DNA from: Patescibacteria group bacterium
GTDB taxonomy: Bacteria; Patescibacteriota; Saccharimonadia; CAILAD01; BJGX01
Assembly: GCA_026397045.1 (NCBI GenBank)
Contig: JAPLVO010000012.1
Location: 10,654 to 74,653 of the forward strand
Direction of reading: 5' to 3'
DNA length: 64,000 bases
The notes under the pieces were generated by a model. The model saw only the letters and a program-made list of their open reading frames with translations, was not told the DNA's origin and made no database searches. Shown here piece by piece: positions 1 through 10,155 of this stretch; positions within the stretch are counted from its first letter, which is position 1; each line of letters opens with the position of its first letter. The position numbers and the translations under genes are program-made.

Positions 1-14
1 CTATCTCTGCCTCT

Positions 15-380
15 ATGGGCGGGCCAGGCGAATATTTTATCGGCTTGTCATTCGTTAGCCAGGAGGTTATCCAAAAGATGAACAATAGTTATGCAGGGAA
101 TAATTACCCCACAGATGTTCTTAGCTTCGACTACTCTGATTCCGTCAAAGGTGGGGCAATAGGAGATATAGCTGTCTGTACACAGCTAGCCAAGGCCCAA
201 GCAAAAGAGTATGATACTTCACTCGAAGCCGAATTAAGCCTGTTGGTTGTGCATGGCGCTCTACATATTCTAGGAGAAGACCACCAGACAAATGCCGAAA
301 TCACTAGCCTAGACCAGCTCCAGAGTGATATTATGAGTACTATGAACTATAAATATAGAGATTTCAAATGGTCTCATTAG
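15..380 (+). CDS. ybeY: rRNA maturation endoribonuclease YbeY (probably 5'-truncated by the window edge)
   Basis: PTDVLSF and HGALHILGEDH (H-x3-H-x5-H) motifs; frame is open back to the window start. Confidence 0.93.
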   Translation: MGGPGEYFIGLSFVSQEVIQKMNNSYAGNNYPTDVLSFDYSDSVKGGAIGDIAVCTQLAKAQAKEYDTSLEAELSLLVVHGALHILGEDHQTNAEITSLDQLQSDIMSTMNYKYRDFKWSH

Positions 381-736
381 CTAGCTTTAAATATGCAGCC
401 AGAGGGCTTAAGGAAGTTATTAGCTCTGAGCGTAATGCCAAGATCCACCTCTTTTTTGCAGTTTTAGCGATTATTCTTTCGATTGTGCTGAGAATAGGCA
501 AACTAGAGTTCTTATTTGTTTTCTTGTCCATAGTACTGGTGTTTTTTGCCGAGATAATTAACACTGCAATGGAGAAGTCATTGGATCTTATTAGCCAAGA
601 GAATAATCACTTGGTTCAACAGACTAAAGACATGATGGCCGCTGCTGTGCTAGTTACAGCGATCGGTTCTTTGGTGGTTGCTGCGGCGGTTTTCGCCCCC
701 TATATCTGGGAATTAATAATCTCGATCAAGAAATGA
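368..736 (+). CDS. dgkA: Diacylglycerol/undecaprenol kinase family membrane protein
   Basis: SFKYAARGL, ERNAKIH, EIINTAME, KDMMAAAVL; three TM segments; usual position after ybeY. Confidence 0.9.
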   Translation: MVSLASFKYAARGLKEVISSERNAKIHLFFAVLAIILSIVLRIGKLEFLFVFLSIVLVFFAEIINTAMEKSLDLISQENNHLVQQTKDMMAAAVLVTAIGSLVVAAAVFAPYIWELIISIKK

Positions 737-1278
737 AGAAGCTACTTGTGGTAATAGGCTTACCCGGGTCTGGCAAGGATACCCAGATAGCCTTGTTATC
801 TGAAAGGCGCCCCGTTGAAGTTATTAGGGTTGGAGAAATGACCCGATTAGTAGGACAGAAAGATCCTTTAGTTGCCCAGGCTTTAAAAGACGGCGATCTA
901 GCTGATGATGATATCGTGAACTCTTTAATATTGAACCGTATCAGCAATGTAGTAGACGGTGGTTACCTGGTATCGAATGGCTTCCCTCGCAGCATCAGCC
1001 AGGCTAAGTGGCTAGATCAACTTGTCTCTGATCGAGTTTTGCAGATAGATAAAGTAATTCTAATATCCATTAGTGATAATGAGGCGCTTATTAGGCTGCG
1101 TAAACGAGGCAGGGGCGATGACGATGAAAAGACTATCAAGCACAGGGTAGCTGTGTATCATGAATTCACTGATCAAGTACTAGATTACTACAAGTCGGTT
1201 GGCAAGCTAATTATTGTGGATGGCGGCGGAAGCCCAGATGAAGTCTCGAAAATAGTATCTTCGAGGTTAGGTTGGTAG
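733..1278 (+). CDS. adk: Adenylate kinase family (short-lid) NMP kinase
   Basis: P-loop GLPGSGKDTQ, NGFPR (variant of DGFPR), RGRGDD short lid; adjacent to map. Confidence 0.85.
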   Translation: MKKLLVVIGLPGSGKDTQIALLSERRPVEVIRVGEMTRLVGQKDPLVAQALKDGDLADDDIVNSLILNRISNVVDGGYLVSNGFPRSISQAKWLDQLVSDRVLQIDKVILISISDNEALIRLRKRGRGDDDEKTIKHRVAVYHEFTDQVLDYYKSVGKLIIVDGGGSPDEVSKIVSSRLGW

Positions 1279-2021
1279 TAACTAAGATAAAATCTGCCGA
1301 AGAGGTTGATAATATGAGACAGAGCGGAAAGATACTGACTATGGTTCTAGACAAGCTTGTAGAATCGGCTAGACCAGGTGTGACACCCAAGGACCTAGAT
1401 GCAATCGCCCGTAAAGAAACCAAAAGACTCGGTGGGTTGCCGGCATTTTTAGGCTACCAGGGTTTTCCCGCAACCGTTTGTGTTTCTGTAAACAATGAAA
1501 TAGTCCATGCCATACCCAACCTCCGAGAGCTAAAAATGGGCGACTTAGTTGGGATAGACTATGGGGTTAGCTATCGAGGTATGATCACAGATGCAGCTCG
1601 TACTATCTCTATTGGTAAGCCCAACAAGTATTCTAAGATCCTGATTGCTGGCTGCTATGAGGCCCTCCAAGAAGCAATATCAATATTGCGAAATGGTGTT
1701 AAGGTAGGCGATGTCAGTTCCATTATCGAGAAAACTCTAGCAAAGCATGGTGTTCGCCCAATATATAGCCTTACAGGGCATGGCGTTGGGCACGAATTAC
1801 ATGAAGACCCTGTAATTCCTAATTATGGGACTGAAGGGTCGGGCGAGGTCTTAAAGACCGGCATGACAGTGGCTATAGAGCCAATCGCATCGACCAGCAC
1901 TAATGATCTGTATTTAGCAGATGATGGCTGGACTTACATGACTAGAGACGGCTCCCTTAGTGCTCAATTTGAGAACACTCTCTTGATTACAGACGAAGGT
2001 TGTGAGGTGCTAGCTAGCTAG
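1272..2021 (+). CDS. map: Methionine aminopeptidase type I
   Basis: CVSVNNEIVHAIP, GHGVGHELHEDP, AIEP, SAQFENT. Confidence 0.96.
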   Translation: MVVTKIKSAEEVDNMRQSGKILTMVLDKLVESARPGVTPKDLDAIARKETKRLGGLPAFLGYQGFPATVCVSVNNEIVHAIPNLRELKMGDLVGIDYGVSYRGMITDAARTISIGKPNKYSKILIAGCYEALQEAISILRNGVKVGDVSSIIEKTLAKHGVRPIYSLTGHGVGHELHEDPVIPNYGTEGSGEVLKTGMTVAIEPIASTSTNDLYLADDGWTYMTRDGSLSAQFENTLLITDEGCEVLAS

Positions 2022-2066
2022 CTATTTGCAACTGAGGCCAATGGCCGAGTATAATAGTAATAGATT

Positions 2067-3302
2067 ATGACAGCAAAAAATGAACAAACCTTCGTAGGCT
2101 TAGATATTGGTTCTAGCAGAGTCATCTGTGTAGTTGGTCTTTACCAGCAGGATTCTCCTACCCCTAGCATTATTGGCCTTGGGGAGTCGCCAACTTCTGG
2201 ATTACGCCGTGGGTTAGTGGTTGATGTTGAGGAGACAGTGAGCTCCATAACTGCCGCCCTAGAGGGAGCAGAGAGAATGAGTGGGATAGCCATCGAGCGA
2301 GCCACGGTATCAATTGACGGACATCATATACGCAGCCTTAACTCTCGAGCAGTTATTGCTGTGTCTAGAGCTGATAGGGAAATTACCAAGGAAGAATTGG
2401 CTCGGGCAGAGCAGTCTGCGACATCGGTTCCCTTAGATGCGAACAGACAAGTACTTCAAGTGCTACCTAGAAGCTACAGTGTTGACGGCCAAAAAGGGGT
2501 TGCAGATCCCGTAGGAATGAACGGGATTAGGCTGGAGGCCGACATGCACATCATTACTGGCTCTACCCCAGCTCTGAAAAATCTTCATAATGCAGTGTTT
2601 CGGTCGGGTATTCAAATCAATAGTCAGTTAATAGTTCCCTTGGCTGCAGCCAAGACGGTGATCACAAAAAAGCAAATGGAACTCGGAGTAGTGTTAATAC
2701 ATATTGGGGCTGAAACTACTGGGGTCGCCGTGTACAAGGAAGGGCAGCTTTTTTACACTGCAATATTTCCATTTGGCTCTAGTAATATTACCAGAGATAT
2801 TGTCTATGGGCTCAGGACAAGTATGGAGATAGCCGAAAAGGTTAAATTAAAATACGCCAAGGCCCACCGGCCTAACCAAAAGCACCAGCATAAAATAGAT
2901 CTCAGTGAATTTGGCGGCAAAGGTATAGTCAACAGTTATGATCTAGATAGAATAGTATATGCTAGGTGCAATGAAATGTTTAATATAATTGCTAATCAGA
3001 TCGACAAGGTAGATGCAAAAAAACAATTAGCTGCAGGGGTAGTTATTTCTGGTGGAGGAGCCAATATGGATGGCATGGTAGATTTTATATCAGAGCAACT
3101 AAAACTCCCCACAGCTATCGGCGTGTCGCATAAGTACACTGGCGTTACTGACAAAATCACTGATCCAGGCTACGCCGCAGCTATAGGGCTGATGCTACAA
3201 GACATGGATAGCCCTATAATCCCAAGTACCAACCCCCTTGAAGGAATAATTGGCAACATAGGTTCTAAGCTAAAATCAATATTTAAAAGTCTCACACCCT
3301 AA
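2067..3302 (+). CDS. ftsA: Cell division protein FtsA
   Basis: GLDIGSSRV, SGLRRGLVVD, SGGGAN, C-terminal amphipathic helix KLKSIFKSL; upstream of ftsZ. Confidence 0.96.
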   Translation: MTAKNEQTFVGLDIGSSRVICVVGLYQQDSPTPSIIGLGESPTSGLRRGLVVDVEETVSSITAALEGAERMSGIAIERATVSIDGHHIRSLNSRAVIAVSRADREITKEELARAEQSATSVPLDANRQVLQVLPRSYSVDGQKGVADPVGMNGIRLEADMHIITGSTPALKNLHNAVFRSGIQINSQLIVPLAAAKTVITKKQMELGVVLIHIGAETTGVAVYKEGQLFYTAIFPFGSSNITRDIVYGLRTSMEIAEKVKLKYAKAHRPNQKHQHKIDLSEFGGKGIVNSYDLDRIVYARCNEMFNIIANQIDKVDAKKQLAAGVVISGGGANMDGMVDFISEQLKLPTAIGVSHKYTGVTDKITDPGYAAAIGLMLQDMDSPIIPSTNPLEGIIGNIGSKLKSIFKSLTP

Positions 3303-3456
3303 TCCTGTAACTCATTTATTAAAATAGCTGGTATGCTTCATCAGACTCTTATTGCTGGTGTAATCCCGGCGCTATATTTTTAGACGAATAAATTATTAAA
3401 TGTAATGAACACATTTTTTACAGGTGTAGTATTCATAAAAAAGTCGAACAAATATG

Positions 3457-3485
3457 TTGCATAAGCCTGATACTTTAGGTATACT
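3457..3485 (+). promoter_or_regulatory. Sigma70-type promoter for ftsZ
   Basis: TTGCAT-17nt-TATACT in the ftsA-ftsZ gap. Confidence 0.6.
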
Positions 3486-3593
3486 AAATGTATCTTTTGT
3501 GGTGGTACGCAATTGATATGTGGTAAGGCAGAATGTATCTGGAGGGCTCGAGAAGCCTTCCCAAGCAATTATCAAATAGTGAGGATTAATATC

Positions 3594-5036
3594 ATGGCAG
3601 AAATCTTACCCGAAATTGAAACATTTGCACGCATCAAAGTTGTTGGTGTGGGTGGCGGCGGAGGTAACGCCTTGAATAGAATGGTTCAATCCAAATTAAG
3701 AGGCATCGACTTTGTCGGTATTAACACAGACGCCCAAGCACTACATTATTCTCAGGCCAACACCAAAGTCCATATTGGTAAAGAAGCCACAAGAGGCTTG
3801 GGCGCAGGTGCTAATCCTGAGGTTGGTCGTCAGGCTGCAGAAGAGAGTGAAGAGGCTATATATAATTCTCTAAAGCACTCGGAGATGGTGTTTATTACAG
3901 CTGGCTATGGAGGAGGTACTGGTTCGGGTGCAGCCCCCGTAGTGGCCAGGATAGCCAAGGAAATAGGGGCCCTTACTGTAGCGATTGTAACCAAGCCATT
4001 TAGTTTTGAAGGGGATCGTAGGCGAAAGATAGCTGAGGCAGGAATCGAGGAGCTCCGCGACAAAGTCGATACACTTATAATTATCCCTAACGATCGCATC
4101 CTTCAACTAGTTGATCGTAAAACAACTCTGCTTGATGCTTTTGGAACTGTCGATGATGTCTTAAAACAAGGCGTCCAGGGCATAGCAGACCTTATCACCG
4201 TAAACGGCCTCGTGAATCTTGATTTCGCAGATGTTAAATCTATTATGAGCAATGCTGGGTCAGCCTTGATGGGCATCGGACAGGGCTCTGGTGATACCCG
4301 TGCCATAGACGCTGTTAAGTTCGCAATGGACTCTCCGCTGCTTGAGGTTTCTATACAAGGGGCTAAGGGCGTACTGATCAACTTTACCGGTGGCCGCGAT
4401 ATGGGCATGCATGAAATCGAAGAAGCAGCAAAACTAATTCACGATTCTGTCGACCCAGAAGCTAACATTATTTGGGGCACAGTTCTTGATGAAAATATGA
4501 CAGGCGAAATAAGGGTCACTCTAGTTGCGACAGGGTTTGATGCAGATCGTAACTCTCATAGTCCATACATGGTTAAGTCTCATTCATCAGATAATATGGA
4601 TTTAGGTAGTGACACTAGTAGCGATATTTTTGGGACCCCAGAGGCAAATTCCGACGAGGAGCAAGGTATCGGGGCATCATTATCGACGCCTTTTTTAAGA
4701 TCTCACGGTTCTCGCCCCGTATTTCATGACGAACCTGAGCCTATGGTAAAGCCTACTATTGAACCCAAAGACGCTACAGAAACCACTAACGAGCAAAAAC
4801 TTGAAGAAGATCTAATAGGCTTTGATTTCGAAGGTCATGAATTTGAAAAGGAATCGTCTCCTAAGGATTTTCCACAAGAACCAATTATAGAAACAATACC
4901 ATCCAGCTTTGACCAAGACGATATGGACGGTGATGATATGGATCTACCATCATACAAAAGAGATGGGGTGGAGATAGATGAGCCAAAGTCGCCAGATGAC
5001 GACGACATACCAAGCTTCGTAAAGAAGAAGCTCTAG
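3594..5036 (+). CDS. ftsZ: Cell division protein FtsZ (start moved to ATG 3594)
   Basis: [18 protein letters not shown] signature, NLDFADV T7 loop, DIPSFVKK C-terminal peptide; GAGG SD before 3594. Confidence 0.98.
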   Translation: MAEILPEIETFARIKVVGVGGGGGNALNRMVQSKLRGIDFVGINTDAQALHYSQANTKVHIGKEATRGLGAGANPEVGRQAAEESEEAIYNSLKHSEMVFITAGYGGGTGSGAAPVVARIAKEIGALTVAIVTKPFSFEGDRRRKIAEAGIEELRDKVDTLIIIPNDRILQLVDRKTTLLDAFGTVDDVLKQGVQGIADLITVNGLVNLDFADVKSIMSNAGSALMGIGQGSGDTRAIDAVKFAMDSPLLEVSIQGAKGVLINFTGGRDMGMHEIEEAAKLIHDSVDPEANIIWGTVLDENMTGEIRVTLVATGFDADRNSHSPYMVKSHSSDNMDLGSDTSSDIFGTPEANSDEEQGIGASLSTPFLRSHGSRPVFHDEPEPMVKPTIEPKDATETTNEQKLEEDLIGFDFEGHEFEKESSPKDFPQEPIIETIPSSFDQDDMDGDDMDLPSYKRDGVEIDEPKSPDDDDIPSFVKKKL

Positions 5037-5043
5037 CAATATA

Positions 5044-5502
5044 ATGAAGTGTCCCGTCTGCATGAAGCAAGCTAGCCGGGTGCTAGAGTCGCGCGATGTT
5101 GAGGAATCTGGTGCTATTCGTCGAAGGAGAGAATGTACAGACTGCCTGCATCGCTTTACGACCTATGAAAGGCTGGAGGTCCCTAACTTAATGATTGTAA
5201 AGAAAAATGGAGATAGAGAGTTATTTGATCGCCATAAGTTATCCAGGGGCATTTATAAGGCGCTTGAAAAGCGCCCAGTCAAATCTGATAAAATTGAGCT
5301 TGTAATATCTGAGATTGAGCGACGCTGCCGTGGCCTCGGTAAGGTCGAGATACCCTCCAGAAAGATAGGGCAAGTTGTCATGGAGGAGCTATTATCAACA
5401 GACGATGTGGCTTATGTGCGCTTTGCCAGTGTGTATAGAAGTTTTACTACTCTTGATAGCTTCGAAAAGGAGTTGGAGAAAATCCGAAAGCTACATAGTT
5501 AG
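5044..5502 (+). CDS. nrdR: Transcriptional repressor NrdR
   Basis: CPVC...IRRRRECTDC Zn ribbon, RFTTYE, ATP cone, VAYVRFASVY. Confidence 0.97.
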   Translation: MKCPVCMKQASRVLESRDVEESGAIRRRRECTDCLHRFTTYERLEVPNLMIVKKNGDRELFDRHKLSRGIYKALEKRPVKSDKIELVISEIERRCRGLGKVEIPSRKIGQVVMEELLSTDDVAYVRFASVYRSFTTLDSFEKELEKIRKLHS

Positions 5503-5525
5503 TTGTTGTGCTAAAATATACAATA

Positions 5526-5792
5526 ATGAAAGTAATATTATTCACTAATGGAAAAATATCTAGCACCAACGACTATAAGCTGCGGCAGCTAGACGCAGTT
5601 TTTAAATCTAGTAAAATATCACTCGAGACCATCGATACCCAGACTAAGTTAGGCGGAGACATGGCTAGCAGCTATGGGATAATGGATTATCCCTCTCTCG
5701 TAATAGTGCGTGAAGATGGCGGGGTACAAGGTTTTTGGCAGGCTGATTTACCCAGCCGAGATCAGCTTAGCCAAGCTATTGGTTATCTGTAG
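5526..5792 (+). CDS. Hypothetical protein, possible thioredoxin-like fold lacking CxxC
   Basis: YGIMDYPSLVIV resembles the cis-Pro loop; start set from TGcTAAAAT ending 8 nt before ATG 5526. Confidence 0.6.
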   Translation: MKVILFTNGKISSTNDYKLRQLDAVFKSSKISLETIDTQTKLGGDMASSYGIMDYPSLVIVREDGGVQGFWQADLPSRDQLSQAIGYL

Positions 5793-5855
5793 CCAAGTTA
5801 TTATTGAATCAAGCAATCGTCTCTATCCTATTCTACCTGGCAACCAAGACAGATA

Positions 5856-5884
5856 TTGAATATCAGCAGCTATTGAAGTATAAT
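5856..5884 (+). promoter_or_regulatory. Sigma70 promoter of the ileS leader
   Basis: TTGAAT-17nt-TATAAT. Confidence 0.7.
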
Positions 5885-5890
5885 TTAATC

Positions 5891-6112
5891 GTTGAAATAG
5901 CAATAAAAAGCGTCTTGCCAATTCCACCGGCAATAAAGTGGTTATCAGCCACATAGCTACAGAAAGAACCGCTCAAAACTGTTTTGAAGCCTAGTAGAGT
6001 CTGTCGCAGTCACCTGCGTTGTTAAAGTGAAATTAAGAGCCACACCCTATGGAAGCAGGATGGTACCGTCTCGAGTCATTCGAGATTCCTGCATAGTCTA
6101 TGGGGTTTTGTT
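5891..6112 (+). ncRNA. T-box riboswitch leader upstream of ileS (atypical Stem I)
   Basis: Antiterminator GCAGGA-[TGGTACC]-GTCTCGA-gtcat-TCGAGAT-TCCTGC (6055-6092); Stem II-like GAAC (5966) and AGTA (5993); overlapping hairpin followed by TTTTGTT. Confidence 0.82.
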
Positions 6113-6130
6113 ATAAATAAGGAGCTCAAA

Positions 6131-9031
6131 ATGAAAAAACTAGCCAGCTATAATCAAAAAAATATCGAGCACAGCATTCTAGATTTCTGGAACAAAAATG
6201 ATATTTTTGAAAAATCACTTGAAAAAACAAAAGGCGGAGAAAGATTTAGCTTTTACGATGGGCCACCTTTTGCAAACGGCCTTCCTCATTTTGGGCATAG
6301 CTTGGTCACTAGTATCAAAGATTCAATAGGTCGCTATCAAACCATGCGTGGTCGTTATGTGGAGCGCCAAAATGGCTGGGATTGTCATGGGCTACCAGTT
6401 GAGTTTGCTATCGAGAAGCAATTTGGAGTATCGGGTAAACAGCAAATTACAGAGCTGGGAATTGAAAAATTCAATCAAGCCTGCCGCGACTCCGTTTTCA
6501 CTTACAAAAAAGACTGGGAACAGTTTTTTGAGCGCATGGGTCGCTGGTCAGACACCAAAAACGCCTATGCCACAATAGACACTAGCTATACCGAATCAGT
6601 ATGGTGGGTGATGTCGCAAATTCACAAAAAAGGCCTACTCTACAAGGGCTACAAGTGTATGCCTTACTGCCCAAGATGCGCCACGCCACTTAGTAATTTT
6701 GAGGTAAATGAGGGCTATAAAGATGATGTAGAAGACCCCAGCCTGTATGTTAAGTTTAAGCTCAAGGGTGAAGATGTCAGTTTGATTGCATGGACAACAA
6801 CCCCATGGAGCCTTCCTGGTAATGCCGCCCTTGCAGTTAACCAAGATGCTGAATATGTAAAGCTTCAGCTTAGTGATGACTCTGGCAATACTGAACAAGT
6901 GATTGTCGCCAAAAACAGAGTAGAAGCCCTCAACAGTGAAAGCTATCAAGTGATAGATCAGTTTTTGGGCAAAGAGCTGGTAGGAAAATCATATTTGCCT
7001 GTTTTTGAGCTTGAAGATTTAGCGCCCTCAGAAAATCTCTACAAGATTTGGTCTGCAGACTTTGTTAGCATAGAAGACGGTACCGGTATTTTGCATGTGG
7101 CTCCAGCTTTTGGTGAAGATGATCTTAGCTTGTCTGTTGAAAAGCAAATACCCGTTCTGCAAACCGTTAGTGCCGAAGGTAAAATAAAACCGGGCACTGG
7201 GCTAGCAGAAGTAGATGGTAAGTTTTTCAAGGGGGCAGATAAGATTATAATAGCCCACCTCACAGAACTTGGGCTAGTTTACGGCGCTGAAACATTTAAG
7301 CATACTTATCCTTTTTGCTATCGTTGTGACACGCCGCTACTATACTACGCAATTGACACTTGGTTTGTGTCGGTTTCAAAAATAAAAGACCAGCTAGCCG
7401 AGTCAGCCAAAGATATTACCTGGCACCCAGATCATATTAAAGACGGCCGATTCGGTAAATGGCTAGAAGGAGCTCGGGATTGGGCAGTGAGCCGTAACCG
7501 ATACTGGGGTGCACCAATGCCAATCTGGGTAAATACCCAAGACGAATCTGACTATCTAGTTATAGAGAGTATTGAGCAGCTCAAATCTCTGGCCGTGGGT
7601 GATCCAAAACTCACTGATTTGCACCGACCCTTCATAGACGATGTAATTATCGAAAAAGAAGGCAAAACTTATAAGCGCATAGAAGAAGTGATAGATTGCT
7701 GGTTTGAATCTGGCTCAATGCCGTACGCCAAAGGCCACTATCCTTTTGAGAATGCTGATCAATTTGGACAGTCATTTGGGGCCGACTACATAGGTGAAGG
7801 CCTAGACCAAACCCGCCTGTGGTTTTATGTCTTGCATGTAATTTCTACGATCGTGTCAGATAAGCCAGCCTACAAAAATGTTTTGGTAAATGGCATGATT
7901 ATGGCAGCAGACGGCAGAAAGTTATCAAAGAGCCTCAAGAACTATCCACCTATTGAAGATGTACTAGATGACGAGGGAGCCGACAGCCTACGCTTTTATC
8001 TGCTCTCTAGCGATCCAGCCATGTCTGGAGACTACATGCGCTTTGATAGGGCTGGGCTTAAGGATGTTCAGCGTAATTTATTTATGACAATCAACAATAG
8101 CGTGTCTTTTTTGGGAATGTACGCAGAAATTGACGGCTGGAAACCAAGCTCACTGGGCACACCGCAAAAACTCACCAACCCTCTAGACATCTGGCTAGTT
8201 GAGATGGTCAAGCAGGCATCTAGTATTGCTACAAAATCTGCCGACAGCTTTGAGATATCTAAGGCCACCTGGCAGGTATATGAGCTAACTCAGGAGCTTT
8301 CTAATTGGTACATTCGCCGCAGCAGAAGGCGCTTCTGGAAAAGTGAAGATGATAGCGATAAGAAAGACGCTTATCGCACTCTACATTGGGCACTGGTAAG
8401 CATTTGCCAAATGTTAGCACCCTGGTCGCCGTTTATTAGCGACTATTACTATAAGTACCTGACAGATGGTATGCAAGACGCCGAAGAGTCGGTGCATTTG
8501 AGTAAATGGCCTAGCTTTGATCAGGCTGATCAGTCAGTACTTGCCAGTATGGTGAGTGTGCGGCAAGCTGTAAACGACGGATTGGCCGAAAGAGCCAAGG
8601 CTGGCATAAAGGTTCGCCAGCCACTTGCTAGCGCAGTAATAAACTCACCAAACAGCATAAGTAAAGACCTTGAGCAAATAATCGCCGAAGAGCTGAACAC
8701 TAAAAAGATTGTTGTAAAAAGCGCTGAGGAACTTTCGGTGGTCTTGGACACAAATATTACTCAAACCCTCAAAAATGAAGGCATTGCTAGGGATATTATT
8801 CGCAACATACAGCAGGCCCGCAAAGATGCAGGCTTACAGATAGAAAATCGTATTAAATTAAGTCTTTTTAGCCCATCTGGAGGACTCAATATGGCTATAA
8901 ATGAGTTCACTAATATCATTTCAAAAGAGACCCTTTCTGTGGAGTTTTATGCCACCCCGAAGGCTTACGGCTATACCAAAACAGCCATAGTAGATGGCCA
9001 GGAATTGATAATTGAACTAGAAGCTAAATGA
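6131..9031 (+). CDS. ileS: Isoleucine--tRNA ligase, type 2 (eukaryote-like)
   Basis: GPPFANGLPHFGH, GWDCHGLPVE, WTTTPWSL, DWAVSRNRYWG, KLSKS; no C-terminal Zn finger. Confidence 0.97.
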   Translation: MKKLASYNQKNIEHSILDFWNKNDIFEKSLEKTKGGERFSFYDGPPFANGLPHFGHSLVTSIKDSIGRYQTMRGRYVERQNGWDCHGLPVEFAIEKQFGVSGKQQITELGIEKFNQACRDSVFTYKKDWEQFFERMGRWSDTKNAYATIDTSYTESVWWVMSQIHKKGLLYKGYKCMPYCPRCATPLSNFEVNEGYKDDVEDPSLYVKFKLKGEDVSLIAWTTTPWSLPGNAALAVNQDAEYVKLQLSDDSGNTEQVIVAKNRVEALNSESYQVIDQFLGKELVGKSYLPVFELEDLAPSENLYKIWSADFVSIEDGTGILHVAPAFGEDDLSLSVEKQIPVLQTVSAEGKIKPGTGLAEVDGKFFKGADKIIIAHLTELGLVYGAETFKHTYPFCYRCDTPLLYYAIDTWFVSVSKIKDQLAESAKDITWHPDHIKDGRFGKWLEGARDWAVSRNRYWGAPMPIWVNTQDESDYLVIESIEQLKSLAVGDPKLTDLHRPFIDDVIIEKEGKTYKRIEEVIDCWFESGSMPYAKGHYPFENADQFGQSFGADYIGEGLDQTRLWFYVLHVISTIVSDKPAYKNVLVNGMIMAADGRKLSKSLKNYPPIEDVLDDEGADSLRFYLLSSDPAMSGDYMRFDRAGLKDVQRNLFMTINNSVSFLGMYAEIDGWKPSSLGTPQKLTNPLDIWLVEMVKQASSIATKSADSFEISKATWQVYELTQELSNWYIRRSRRRFWKSEDDSDKKDAYRTLHWALVSICQMLAPWSPFISDYYYKYLTDGMQDAEESVHLSKWPSFDQADQSVLASMVSVRQAVNDGLAERAKAGIKVRQPLASAVINSPNSISKDLEQIIAEELNTKKIVVKSAEELSVVLDTNITQTLKNEGIARDIIRNIQQARKDAGLQIENRIKLSLFSPSGGLNMAINEFTNIISKETLSVEFYATPKAYGYTKTAIVDGQELIIELEAK

Positions 9032-10155
9032 AAAAAAGGCCGATTTGGAAGCTAGGTAGTTACGATAATTTGCTGCTAGCTGCCAGTACGCTACTAGTTA
9101 TATTGGGCCTTATAGTGTTGTATTCACTGGGAGTACGGGCCAAGCAAGTATCAAACCAGTTAGATACGACAAGACAAATTGTTTACGCTCTGGTTGGTCT
9201 GCTATTAATGGTCGTAGCATCCAGGAATGATTATAAGATTCTTAAAAGCTATAGTGGAGTTTTGTATATTTTTATGATAGCTACCTTGCTGGCTGTGGAG
9301 TTTTTTGGCGCAACTCGCCTAGGTGCGACGCGCTGGATCGCGATTGGCCCCTTCCAGTTTCAGCCCTCAGAACTTTCAAAATTAATTCTCATAGTGGTCC
9401 TTGCTAAATTTTATTCACAAAATTACGACTTTACAGACCAACTTAGGAACTTAGTTAAGTCTTTAGTATATACTTTACCAGCTGTATTCCTCGTTCTCGT
9501 CCAGCCGGACTTAGGTACTGCGATCGTACTTGGGTTTATCTGGCTTGCTATGACACTAGCAACAAGAGTAAAAAAGAAATATATCTTAGCGATGATTGTG
9601 GGCATTATTGTCCTTTTCCCAGTTATATATCCGAACCTCAAGACCTACCAAAGACAAAGGGTAAATACATTTCTTCAGCCAGCCTCCGATCCAAGCGGCA
9701 CCGGCTATAATGTCAATCAAGCGATTATAGCTGTAGGCTCAGGTGGCGTATCAGGGCAGGGCTTAGCAAGCGGCGGCCAGACTCAAGGTAATTTCTTGCC
9801 AAGTTCACATACCGACTTTATTTTTGCAGTTTTGGCAGAGAAGTTGGGCTTCGTCGGCGCGCTTGTTTGTATTCTACTATTCGCTGCAGTAATTGCCAGG
9901 ATAGTGATGGACGCTAGCCTTAGCCAGGATAGGTTCGGTAGCTTGCTTTGCATTGGCATCGCGGCGATGTTTATTATTCATGTTTTTGTAAATATCGGTA
10001 TGAACCTCGGTATAATGCCTGTCACTGGGATACCTCTACCTTTTATATCTGCGGGCGGTACTAGCATGATGGCGAGTTTATTTTCAGTAGGTATCGTACA
10101 AAGTGTTTATTCTAGGCGCAGAGGCCGAGAGCTAAAGGATACGGAGTTAGTGTGA
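9028..10155 (+). CDS. rodA: SEDS family peptidoglycan polymerase RodA/FtsW
   Basis: GATRWI, FQPSELSK, QPDLGTA, HTDFIFAVLAE, PVTGIPLPFISAGGTS. Confidence 0.9.
   Translation: MKKRPIWKLGSYDNLLLAASTLLVILGLIVLYSLGVRAKQVSNQLDTTRQIVYALVGLLLMVVASRNDYKILKSYSGVLYIFMIATLLAVEFFGATRLGATRWIAIGPFQFQPSELSKLILIVVLAKFYSQNYDFTDQLRNLVKSLVYTLPAVFLVLVQPDLGTAIVLGFIWLAMTLATRVKKKYILAMIVGIIVLFPVIYPNLKTYQRQRVNTFLQPASDPSGTGYNVNQAIIAVGSGGVSGQGLASGGQTQGNFLPSSHTDFIFAVLAEKLGFVGALVCILLFAAVIARIVMDASLSQDRFGSLLCIGIAAMFIIHVFVNIGMNLGIMPVTGIPLPFISAGGTSMMASLFSVGIVQSVYSRRRGRELKDTELV

Noticed and set aside
3513-3593. 27-aa N-terminal extension of FtsZ in the ORF track
   Set aside because: It starts at a TTG inside the predicted leader; the SD and conserved N-terminus support ATG 3594.
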